From NCBI RefSeq assembly GCF_036588685.1, contig NC_086380.1, forward strand, positions 10,341,347 to 10,405,346: a stretch of DNA of 64,000 bases. Direction: 5' to 3'. Under the pieces are notes generated by a model, which made no database searches, was not told where the DNA came from, and saw only the letters and a list, made by a program, of their open reading frames with translations. Of the stretch, positions 1 through 12,019 are shown in pieces (position 1 is the first letter of the stretch; every line of letters starts with the position of its first letter). The DNA comes from Mytilus trossulus. Lineage: Eukaryota. Made by a program: the position numbers and the translations under genes.

Positions 1-1719
1 TGATTGAAGTGTTCATGCACTGTTTCTAAAATATTTTTTTTAAGATTTGTGCATTGGCTTGTTATATCAACATGGATTTCCAAAGTTAGAACATCGGTAT
101 TTACAACTACCGCTGCCTTTTTTCAAATATTGAATTGTTACTGTAGTGTTTCTTGCTGCTATGAGTGAAGTTCAAATTCAACTTTCGATATGACCTTAAT
201 GTTTATTTCTTTATAGATAGCCTCTTCGGAAATGGGTTAGCAAACTTTTTTTTAATATTTAAATACAGGGACGTCTTCAATAATTACAATATTGCTAAAT
301 ATACCAACGACATTTAATGTATATATATATAGCAAACAAATAATAGACATCCCATGGAAAGTGGTGTCGTTGTAATTTACTCAGAAATACAATGTATGGT
401 TTATCAGATCATTGGTGTAATTATGTTTTTGTCCATAAAATGCTCATATTTAGCATGTTCAGTCTTAAAAAGTTATAAAGAAATAAAAACGACTACTTTA
501 TCACCATTCTTAGTCATAGACGTGCATCTTAGAGTAATATTGTTTTAATTGTCCGTTCAGCCTTAGTTTTATCCTGGGAATTAAAACAAAACGTTCCACT
601 TTCCAGTTTGAGAGAATTATAGCGGCGCTGTTATTGGAAATGATTTATAAACTGTTGATAATTTGTGATTACAATGACTCAGCATTTTGTAATAACTCTT
701 CAGAGAAACGACTAACTATCATCAAAATTTGTAAATGAATCGTAATCGAATTTTATATAAAATTACAGCATAAAAATTATTTTTATAGCTATATCAATTT
801 TTAAATAACTATATAATAATCATATTCAGTATTTTCGAAAGTGGATAAATGGTATAAAACGAAAATAGCTCCAAATATTTATGACTCGGTTTTCAATAAA
901 GAACATTAACGCTTTAGTGTATTTAAAAAAAAAACAAATCAAAAAAGGGCGAAAATTAATAAATAAATGCTTTATTTAGCTGCCAAATGTACTACGTTAA
1001 ATTTGAGTTGAGCGTTCGTGTGTGTTTTTATGTGAATTAATAACTACACGAATGATCATCCTTGTAAGATATGCCCAGATTTTATTGGTTTGTAAGCATT
1101 CTTTGGTACAGTATATTCATGGTGGTTTAAATTGTATCTATCTTTCTCTTTTCTATTCTAATCCAATATAAAAGAAAGACAAAAACAAGCAACAGAGTAC
1201 CGAAATTCAAAAGTGAAATAAAAAATAAGAAAGACAAAACTGTTGAAAACTCAAAACTCCTGATATAAAATAAAAGCCCTAATATATTGTATTGAATACC
1301 TATTACCTATTATATATTAATCTAAGTGCAATTACTGCTGGATATCAGCTAAAGTAAAATGGAAATTCACAAAAGAAGCGCTAAATTTTTAACCTGTGCA
1401 TATGTGAGCCTACTCCTCGTCTGTTGATTGTGCTTGGCAAGAGTTGTAAAATTGCAATGCGGTTTCAGTCTTTGCCGTTTTGTTACAACATTTCACTTTT
1501 AAAGAAATCATGGCTTGATTTAGATAGAATCTATTTACAGTGCAGACCATACAAAGGGTTCATAAAAACATTTACACTGGATGCAAATAATTTATATATG
1601 TTCACTGCAAGACATCTAAAGGGTTGATACCTGTATATTAAGATTTGAAGCCACCCAAGGAGCTAATAACTTTAACACAACTTCAAAAACAATGTGTTTA
1701 TACATTTACAATGGAGACC

Positions 1720-2170
1720 ATCTTATGGGTTTATCTCAGATAAACTAAGATTATCTCAGCTTAATTCAAATTCGAAAAAAATCCTAGTTTATCTCAGATA
1801 ATACAGAAAATTCATTATCTGGAGAAAATCCCGGTTTATTTGAAAATATTAAGAAAAGCTAGGTTTATGTGAACGATTTTCAGATAATCCTAATTTATCT
1901 CCAGATAATTGATTATCTGAATTTCAGATAATTCATTCTCTCATTTTCCAGATAATTTAGTTTTAAATATACCAAAGAACAATGTAACGAGTGTTCTGAT
2001 TGGACGATAATCGTTTGCCAGATTATATTTTAAAAATACCGTCAGATAATTCATTATCTCATTTTCCAGATAATTAAGGTTTATTACGGATTCTAAATAT
2101 ATCAAAGAACAATGTAACGAGTGTTATAATTGGACGACAATCGTTTGCAAGATTTTATATGAAAAATAGT
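1720..2170. repeat. Dispersed repeat copy rich in TTATCTCAGATAA-type (GATAA/TTATC) palindromes. It contains a ~115-bp tandem duplication at 1935-2165.
   Basis: Segment 1741-1830 is nearly identical to 4321-4400 (…ataaactaagattatctcagcttaattcaaattcgaaaaaaatc…). Numerous inverted GATAA pairs are present. Confidence 0.6.
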
Positions 2171-4244
2171 TTTTATATCGTCCTTTTTTAGATGAGGGGC
2201 GACATTCTGCAGACGGCACGCAAATAACAAACTAATCATGGTGTGGACATCACCGTTAATGACACCTGGACAAGCGAAATTTGTTGAATAAATTTTAAAA
2301 AAACCCAGTGAAATACAGAAGGGCTGGTCAGATACAATATACATCATATACTTTAAACATACTTAATAAACACATTTGTTAGCTGTTTTGACGCTAACTG
2401 ACACATATGTGAATAGATGTCTCTGATAATGACAACGGTTTTGTAAAATATTTAAATTTAACTATTTCGTCATGTGTCAGTAAACAAAATAGAGATGAAA
2501 TTCAAGTAATCCAATACACAAATAATGCACGATTCTATTATGGAAAACAAATTATTTCATCATGGTTATTGATAAGACATACTTTTCATTTTGCTTTCAA
2601 AATAATTAAATACATAAGTCAGAGTTTAAATACACCATATACCACCCATCGGAACTAGACAGTGACACGATTGCTTTAATTTAGCACTGTTGTACATTAA
2701 TGTCAATTTTCCATATTCAATCGTGTATTCCATATTAAATCCGACAATATTTAAAACGAACGAACTTTATACTTCAGTGTTTGTTTGTCTTGTATCATGC
2801 ATAATTGTTCAAAGAAACCAGAATCTAATCTAAAATAGAGAGATATTTATAAGTCTAGCTTCTTCATAATTTGATGCTAATTGTTGAAACCCAGGAGCTT
2901 TTGAGCTTCCTCATGGACCCTCTACCAGGACAACCATAATTACGCCTTTCATTCATAAAATCCTAGCCTAGGACCATTGAAATGTCTGGTAACGCCTTAA
3001 ACCGTATGTTTGGAATTTCTCGTTATTGGTCTTCTGCTTTTAAGATCAGTCCAATCATTTTAACAAACCATATACAATTAATGGAGGAAGTTCGGCAGAG
3101 AAAAATAACTGCCGTTTTTTTCATTCTCCGCCCCCTCTTTCAAATATCATGGAAACGCCCCTAAACCTACATAGACAACAGACTGACCCAACTTAGGATA
3201 GACTACAGCAAGAAGAGATCAACGTATACCACTACACTGATGCAGTATTCTACCTACTTAAACGAGGATGAAAATTAAATGTCAGTTGCACATTTTAACA
3301 TGCTATGCTAAATAATACTACAGAAATTTTAATCCTGGTATAATTTTCACTCTTATTTTCAACCCAAACTCTAATTAAAAAACCTTTGTTCTTGATTACC
3401 TTAATGTGATCTCATCTATCCAACTTTTTTTTACCTGTACTACATATAATTTTTTAAAAGTTGGATAAATGAGAATGAACCGATCAAACACCCGTACAAT
3501 CAGCGTTTGTTTAATGGTTAACATTGCACTGGGCAGTCGCACGTGTCGTTAAATAACAAACCAATAAACAATATAATGAAGTTTTAATAAAGGTAATAAA
3601 TATTTCAGGTATTGGGTATTTGCAATCATCATGATTAGATTATCTAATTGACAAAAAAACACTTAAAATTTTAAATTTCAATTTACTAAACACAAAATGT
3701 AAGCACTAAAATGCATATTTAAGCAATGGAATGTATGATACCATATTTCACTGTTTTAATAGAGAAAATTGCGGAAAGAAAATGGAGCGTGGTATCTTTT
3801 TTAATTAAGATTATAACTTTCTAAAAGGAAACTCTTTAGGACTTCTAAATGGTGTTTTTCAACTGTGCTAAACTTATTTCAACATTAAAGTTATTTGTCC
3901 TAGTTATTTGTGCGGATGTCAGATTTATGTAACACATTTCACTTTCTTTATAAGGAAAAATAAAAAAAAACGGATATTACATTCAAATTCTCTTAAAAGA
4001 AACTTTCAAGACAACTTCCCACTGATCTTCATTAATATCGATATACTTATAATACATGTACATCCTGAATAAATCGATTGCTATTTTTTTTATAAAATTT
4101 AGAAAAAAATAAACGTTCTAAAACGTTTCCCGTAAGAGCCTTATCTTTCATTATTCTGTCTGTATAGATGCTCCACGGTCTCTATATCTTATCCCTTATG
4201 ACCATGAAATTTTCTTCCAATGTGTCGTGACTTTCTATTGGCTC

Positions 4245-4565
4245 CTTTTTTCAGATAATCAATTTTCTCAGAATTTTCAGATAATCCCGGATTTTCTCAG
4301 ATAATCCCGGTTTATCTCAGATAAACTAAGATTATCTCAGCTTAATTCAAATTCGAAAAAAATCTAGTTTATCTGAGAAAATATAGAAAATCCATTATCT
4401 GGAGAAAATCCCGGTTTATCTGAAAATTCTGAGATAAACCGGCATTATCTGGAAAAAAATCGAGATAATCCCGGTTTATCTGAGCTTAATGTAAAAAATT
4501 GAGATAATCCTAGTTTATCTGAGAAAATCCTGGTTTATCTGAGATAATTTAGGATTATCTATAAA
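4245..4565. repeat. Second copy of the GATAA-palindrome-array repeat (ccggtttatctgagataatcc units).
   Basis: Direct similarity to 1720-2170. Repeated tttatctgagataa / ttatctcagataa units are present. Confidence 0.6.
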
Positions 4566-6028
4566 AGTGGTTCAGGCGTGCCATAGACATTTGTATGAGA
4601 GATATTGTTTCAGTTCGCCCATATAGCATTTTCAAATGAACAAATTGGCCAATCTACTACTAACAGCCATGATGGTTAAGCTTTTTAAAATCATAATAAA
4701 GCAATACAACTAACCAATGTCTGATGTACTATGTGCATTTTATTCTATTTCTATTATCAGTTTTATTTTTTAATAGTTTAGCGCATGACAGTGATGCAAC
4801 GTATTGTTTAGAGATCTCCATTTAACAATATTATTCGAACTGACTTTGATATGAAACAGAAAGTACATATTTACTCAACTTTTAATTATACTATAAAGTC
4901 GTCGTTCATTTATAAATACCGGTCAATTCTGGAAAGCACGTGTCATTTCCTAAACATAAACAGACGTTTAAGCTTATTACTAAATATGGATTGAAAGGCA
5001 GTTAATGGTAATGATTTTAGTCACTGACGCTAAAATTAAAGTAATAGACGTCAATCTTCTTAGACGAACTAAACAAAGTGCCATCTTGGGATCTGAAATC
5101 TCCATTTCATTTTAAGCTTTAATGAAATAAGCCAAACAGTTATCATAGCTGATGTGATCCTCAAGCAATATGTATCAGTGACTCAGCAATTCCACAAATT
5201 TAACAATGCTGGACATGAAAAAAATAAAAGCCTTGCTTTTCTTACGCTCTTCTGAATATCATAAAAAATATTAACACTGTATTTGTTTAATTGCACATGA
5301 ATATCGGCAGACGTCTTAAAGTAACAAACGTATAACACTTTACGAAAATAGTCTACAACGTCTAAAAATTTTACAATGTATATTGGAGAATGCTATGATG
5401 TAAATGAAAAAGAAACTTACAATTATAGCATTAATAACAATTACCAAAAGTAACAAAATTGATTTTTGAAATATTGAGATTTGACCCAACTCAAGATCCA
5501 TCTAATACAACGATACAGGTCTAATTGTGCGTTTGGGGTATTAAAATATGAACTCTGTTGTCCATGTCTGCTTGTACAGTTCACAGTTTATATTTGCAAA
5601 TAAACGAACTGTTGATGATTGTATGTAGTCCAGTAGGTCGGTAATGAGTGGTCCAAGTACGTTTTGTGTATATTGCCCTGTGGTACTGCTGATTGTGCAA
5701 TGTGAGATGTTTTACCATCCACATTGATGCTCTGATTTCTTAGGGCTTATAAATTTAAGTTCGTGGTCCACTGGAGAGTAGACCCGCTGATACCGGCATA
5801 GTATTCCGGTTTTTACAGTAGTCTCTCATGAGGGACTTTATCGAATACCTTAAATAATCAAGCAAAATGAGGCCAATTTAATTTGTTCAGTGAAAAGTCT
5901 TTTGCCAATCCTGTATATGATAAGGACCAGTTGAGACTCGCCTGAACGGTTCTTTCTAAATCCCAGTTGAGCGTCGTGTATTTTGTGGAAATCAATATTT
6001 TTTTGCAATACTACTGCATGTGCTCTAG

Positions 6029-8306
6029 CTATGGTCTTGATTTTCTGACAGTAGTCAAGGAAACTGAACGGTGATTATCTCCTTTCTTGATATTGCTGCT
6101 AGGTATGGTGCCAAGCTCTCTCAGAAGTCTTGTTGTGATCTCATCTGCATCAGCTGCTTTGTTCGACTCACGGATGTTCAAGTTCCTTAACACTTTTAGT
6201 ACAACATTTTCAGTTTCATGTTTTTGTTCTTTGTTAAAGCGGTCCGAGTGACTTATTAGGAATGTAATTAGTTTTGAATACTGAGGAAAATTGATCATTT
6301 CAAGAATATTTTTCCATTTTTTTCTCACTTTTTCAGTAAGTGAGTCCATCTGTATATTTAAGAGTTGAATCTACAACAGGTTCGCAATTCTTACTTTTAA
6401 TAAATCCACAGATTCTTTTTGGATTTGCTGATAATTCAGGTTAAATGATGTCGTCAATGTAGTCTTTATAAACATTCCTAAACTGTTTGACATTTTTTCT
6501 GTGGTGAGCTTTTTAGTCGATGGTACCTGTCAGATTTTCTTTTGATATATGTTTCTTTTTAAAGGATCCTCTTTTCTGTCTTGTTAAATGTTTTTTTTTT
6601 ATATTCTGGTTTATCCAAGGTTAATTGAATCTTGAGGATGACATCTTTGATGGTACTGTTTTTTCAACTTGAGTATGATAAAAAAAAAAAAGAGGGACAA
6701 AAGATACCAAAGTGACAGTCAAACTCGTAAATCTAAAACAAACTGACAACGCCATGGCTAAAAATGAAAAAGACAAACAGAAAAACAATAGTACACATGA
6801 CACAACATAGAAAACTAAAGAATAAACAACACGAACCCCACCAAAAACTAGGGGTGATCTCAGGTGCTCCGGAAGGGTAAGGAGATCCTGCTCCATATGC
6901 GGCACCCGTCGTGTTGCTTATGTGATTACAAATCCGGTAAATAGTCTTATTCGGTAGGTCAAATTCATGAAAGGGAAGGGGATTGTAGTTACGACGTAAG
7001 GAACATATCCGATATCATTTGTGAAACGGTTATTCCATAACGATCAACCAACTCGTGATGGCGTCCGTAAAATTTACGAAGGGATGATTTCAACTTCACC
7101 ATTTGGAACTCTTGGTTTAATAGCTTCCTTGTAAGCAGTAACCCTCTATCAAAAAATCATAATAGGAAATGCAAGCACGGGAATATCGTATCAATTGGGA
7201 GATATATACCCCGTATGCAGGTGCTGCTGGAATGTTGCTACTTAGAAATGGAAAGTTCACAATTGGAAACCTGAAATCATCTCTTTTGTCGTAAAGTTTT
7301 GTCTTCAACCGACCCTCATTGTCAATTTCTAGATGTAAGTCAAGATATGAAGCCGACTTAACTGTATCTGTAGTATCCTTTATCTCCAATTCGATGGGAT
7401 AGATGCGATCCACATAGTCACCAAATTTTGAATTGTTTAGTGAAAGAACGTCATCTATATAGCGGAAAGTAGAGTTAAAGGATATTGCTAACTTCTTATC
7501 TTTCCTCCTAAGAAGTTCCTGCATGAAGTCAGCCTCATGATAATAAAGAAACAAGTCAGCAAGTAGAGGGGCACAGTTTGTTCCCATTGGGATGCCGACA
7601 GTCTGTTGAAAAACACGTCCTCCGAGCGTAACAAATATGTTGCCAATCAAGAAATCAAACATCTTGATAATATCGCTTTCAGAGAATTTTTTGTTTGAAT
7701 CAGAATGATTCTTTACAAAGTAGGATTTATCCCTCCCTAAGACAAGATACTTGTATCTACGTTGGCCATTCTTCTTTATGAAGCAAAGTAATACCAACTC
7801 TTTTAATTTGTCTTTTAGTTTGGAATGTGGAATACTTGTGTAAAGAGTAGAAAAGTCAATTGTTTTAATACTGTTACAAGATGAAAGAGAGTTAGATTGT
7901 ATGTACTCTAAAAGATCTTTGGAATTTTTAAGTATCCACATCTGATTCACGCCACCTCTAGAATAGGCAGTTTCTCAATAACTTTGAAGCCCGTCTTTGA
8001 TTGCTGATAAAATGGATGTTAATAATTTAGAAAGGGTTTCGTGGAGCACTTGGAAGACCCAGCAATATACCGTTGTTTGTAAGGACACTTATGTAGTTTA
8101 GGTATCCAATACAGTGATGGAAGATCCAGTTCTTCATCTTTGGTTGAAATACCAAAGGAACAAAGAACAGACCTATGATTATCCAGGATTTTCTCTTTGG
8201 ATTTAATAAATTCCCACACTACCTCATCATACACCTTAAACTTCATAAGTGAGAGTATATGAAAGGAGCTTTTTAAAGTATCATAAAGTTTACAAATATT
8301 GTGCAA
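6029..8306 (-). mobile_element. Degenerate retroelement fragment encoding a frame-broken reverse transcriptase, possibly Penelope-like. It contains an N-terminal piece 8306-8019, the RT core 7950-7117, and a further remnant ORF 6349-6029.
   Basis: Minus-strand ORFs carry RT motifs: LYWIPKLHK…RYIAGSS (motif 1/2), GIPMGTNCAPLLADLFLYY (motif B) and FRYIDDVL (YxDD motif C). The pieces lie in different frames and lack flanking LTR or poly-A structure. Confidence 0.7.
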
Positions 8307-8994
8307 ACCGCAATTTATTTTCCACGATTATATATTGTGTATCACTTTTTTGTTTGTTAATAAAACTACAAAAGTTGTAGAACTGTTGTAAATGCGAAAA
8401 TATGGTTACCCTATAAAGGGTGAAAAGATCCAGAGACGAAGAAGCTAAGTAAGACACGCTTTTATGAAAGCTGAAGTACTCCTGTTCCGGATTTGTATCA
8501 GTCCGTGATTGGTTTAAATTTACAGCATTTCAATTACTTCCTTGTATAAACAAACACAATATTTGTGCAATCAGCTAAAAACTTGTAAAAATGTGCATTT
8601 GAAAGACTTTATCAGTTAGAGACACCTAACATATTAATGTTATGGTTCGACAGAATATTTTAGAAATGCTGCTTAAAGCTGTCATTCGTGTCAACAATTT
8701 TTTTTATTAGTGTAAGTTCAATATTTGTGGTGGGTTGTATATGTTTATCTGGCCTATTTTTTGGCACATTAGTATACATTTGAAATTTTACTCTACACTT
8801 TATATACTCAAAATGTTTTGGACCACTAATCAGAAGCATTTTCCCCAAAAAAGAGTTATACCCCTTTTATTTTATAAAATACTTGTAAGTTTTCTCATCC
8901 CTTTCAAAATTGAAATAAATACTTGCCATTTGGTTTGTTTGTTTGTCTAATTATTATAGTTCAGGTGAGCTTCTGGTCAAAATGTAATCCTAGA

Positions 8995-9280
8995 TAGCAA
9001 ACATGTGTTGTTCCCACGTTGGCATTCTGTTGGCAACATTGTTGGGCCAACGTTGGAAAACTATGTTGGGCCACCGTCATTTTGCTCATCGGCCCTTCGT
9101 TGGCCCAACATGTTGGGTCTTTGTTGGGCCAACATCAGTATGCCAGCAAAGTTAACTATTTGCCAACAATCTGCCACCAATGTTAACTGTTTGCCAACAG
9201 TCTACCAACATAGTCTAGTTTTGAAATTATGTTGGGCTATTGTTGGTCGTACTACAGTTTGCCAACGTCTTTAACAACAT
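8995..9280. repeat. Minisatellite-like block built from TGTTGG(G)CC / CCAACA motifs.
   Basis: About 20 occurrences of gttgg(g)c(c)aaca-type palindromic motifs. A similar block lies at 10225-10640 with a 44-bp tandem duplication at 10480-10570. Confidence 0.55.
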
Positions 9281-10224
9281 TTTGTTATGTTTTGAGTTTC
9301 CATATTATTTTTTACTAGTAATCAGTATATTATGGACTATACTGTATTGTATATAGATAATATACAATCACCTGTCCACTTTTTTTTATCTATATTCTCG
9401 TGTCAAATGACCAGAATAAATTAATGAATATATTTCCAATGAACCTGTATTCAAATTTTTTATTTTTTTTTGGGCTGGTTTTAAATATTTTTTGTTTGCG
9501 CAAAAAAATATTCAAACAATAAGATAAATACATTTATATGACTACACAGATTTGAAAATATTAGATAAAGTAAATGAAGAGAACATCTTTTTGTTTGAAC
9601 TTTGGGATAATATTTAAAAAATAAATAAAAATCTGTGGTACAATGTATAAAACGGGGAGATAAGTATTTAAGGAGGCTCGAGGGTATAAAAATTTCAGAA
9701 AAAAATAAACATTTGTTTTTCATTTCAAATTTTATTTGTTACCTTTTGTAGTTGTTACTTTATCATATGGTACAAAAATCATTCAAAACAATCAATTCGT
9801 GTTGGCCCCAGATGACTTTCAAAATGTATACATCATTGAAAAAGTTCCAAATTATCTCCCTTTGGTGGAAAAATGCCATTTTTTGGCTTTAAAATTGAAA
9901 TATCTTTTTCAACTTGTCGGTGACCTATATTTTTTAATATAATTTCCATATAAGCTGTACTTAAACTAAATTATTGTAAAATTTGAGCGATTTCTGTAAT
10001 AAATTAATTTTTTTATTTCGATATTAACTTTATTTCTCCTATCGACTTCTACAGAAAAAAAACCACTTTTACAAAAATGGATGCTTCTTTCAATGGCAGA
10101 TTGTGAGCGCAAATGAACGGTGACCCCACTTTTTTTATTTTATTCTATTAACTATAAGATAAAGTTCATTTATAGAAAAATATAGAGAAATCCTATATAA
10201 ATGATTTAGACCCGCGAACCCCCT

Positions 10225-10640
10225 TAATATGTTGGCATATTGTTGGCACAATGTTGGCTTATATTTCAATATTGTCATGAAATATATCCTAAGAATGAGC
10301 ATTCAAATAAAGTTTGTTTAAAATTGGTTCAGTGGGTTCAGTCAGAAGATCTTACACTGAACCAATGGACAACATAAGTCGAATATCATTGGACCAACTA
10401 CTTAAAAAACAGTTGGTAAGAAAATGTTGGGACAACATTTGGCCAACCATACAAAAATGACAGTTGTTGTCAAGTTTTTGGGCCAACAGTGTCAAAACAA
10501 CTGTTGGCTGAGTGTTGTTGGGACAACGAGGGGCCAACAGTGTCAAAATAACTGTTGGCTGAGTGTTGTTGGACCAACGTTGGTCTTGTGTTGTCCTGCC
10601 AACGCCAACTGTTTACCAACTGTGCCAACTAATCACCAAC
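10225..10640. repeat. Second TGTTGG/CCAACA motif block.
   Basis: Same motif composition as 8995-9280. There is an internal direct repeat gggccaacagtgtcaaaa(c/t)aactgttggctgagtgttgttgg x2. Confidence 0.55.
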
Positions 10641-11039
10641 ACTATCTGGGATCTAGGAAAGACAATTTGGTAAGGTATATTTCTATGGTAATCATTGAAC
10701 TGCACGGTTTCAAATTTTTCATTATATAAGTTACTGTAAACCAACTTTTTTTCTCGAGCGATTTATTTTCGTGACATTCGCGAGTAGAAAAATAACGCGA
10801 ATATAAATCGCCGCAAAGTGTACCAGAAATGGTAAAACGCAAAATAAAGTATGCACGAAAATAAGTTGGTTTACAGTATATAGAATTGTACTATAGTCGC
10901 CGTCACATAAAATTGGCACCATGATTTTTGTCAACACTTTTTTAAATATGGACCGCGTTTACTAAAGATCATGTTTTTTTTCCATTAGTGGAAGCAAAAT
11001 CTTGTCCAAATATCCACTTCTGTCCTACCTTTTATTGTG

Positions 11040-11350
11040 TTTGCACTGTATAAATAATCCTGACCTTCACATAATCCAAGATTATTTTGTATGGTGGAAT
11101 CAGACATTGTTATTACCCGAAGTGTTGCGGTGGAGTTCCACGTACTCTCCATTTTCTTGTGACTCTCTGAGCTTTTCATTATCTTTACATGAAAAGCGCG
11201 GGAAATTGTATCATCTACATGTATGACATGATATTACCGGAGAGAAACGAATGTTAATGGAATAGGGGATACTCATAGTAACTATGGTAACCAAGATGGC
11301 GGTTTTACTATGTAAATAATCTTGAAAGATGTGAAGGTCAGGATTATATA
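11040..11350. mobile_element. Small inverted-repeat (MITE-like) element.
   Basis: ataatcctgaccttcacat (11054-11072) is the reverse complement of atgtgaaggtcaggattat (~11322-11342). Confidence 0.45.
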
Positions 11351-11399
11351 GTACAAAAACAATAAACATGATAAACAATGATAAAAGGTAGGACATAAG

Positions 11400-11665
11400 G
11401 CAGCAACCATTTGATTTTCTGGGGGGCTATGTTTTTTTTTTCTGTGCAAAACAATCTTTTTTTTTTAGCGACAAACTGAAAACAATTTTTATCTTTCAAT
11501 TTTATCATTACATATAGTGGCAGCTGAGGGTGAAACAATTAATTTTTTTTTCTCAGGACCCAAAACAAATTTTTTTTTCTCACCGAAACCTGGAAACAAA
11601 CTTTTTTTCCAAAAAAAAACATAGCCCCCCCCCCCCCCCCCCCCCCCCCCGAAAATCAAATGGTT
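11400..11665. repeat. Hairpin/foldback structure whose arm contains a 26-nt poly-C tract (11625-11650).
   Basis: cagcaaccatttgattttctggggggctatgtttttttttt (11401-) pairs with aaaaaaaaacatagccccc…gaaaatcaaatggttgctg (11610-11660). Confidence 0.6.
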
Positions 11666-12019
11666 GCTGCCTTAGTGGGTATGGATAGGATTTTACTTCT
11701 GCTAAATGAAAAACATTATCCTGAGTAAACACAGCTGATATTATTTTTTTTTTAACAAAAAACATGGTCCCAATTTACGTGACGGCGACTTTACATGTAA
11801 ATCATGTAAATAGCACCAACAAATACAAATGTAGGTAAGGGTATACAAAACAACTGAATACGTTATACACTGACTTTGAACTTTGGCAAAAATAAGATAA
11901 CATCTTACAAATGAACGCATCACAGATACCAGGATTTAAATTTCACAGCTACAGAAACTAATGATGAACTCACAGTAGCTGCTGTGGGGATTTCCTGTGT
12001 CACTAGATCACTATTTTAG

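Noticed and set aside
6621-6905. 94-aa minus ORF next to RT fragment
   Set aside because: It lies within an interspersed repeat (family with copies at 28440-28620 and 58003-58080) and is hydrophobic and low-complexity, so it is not part of the RT.
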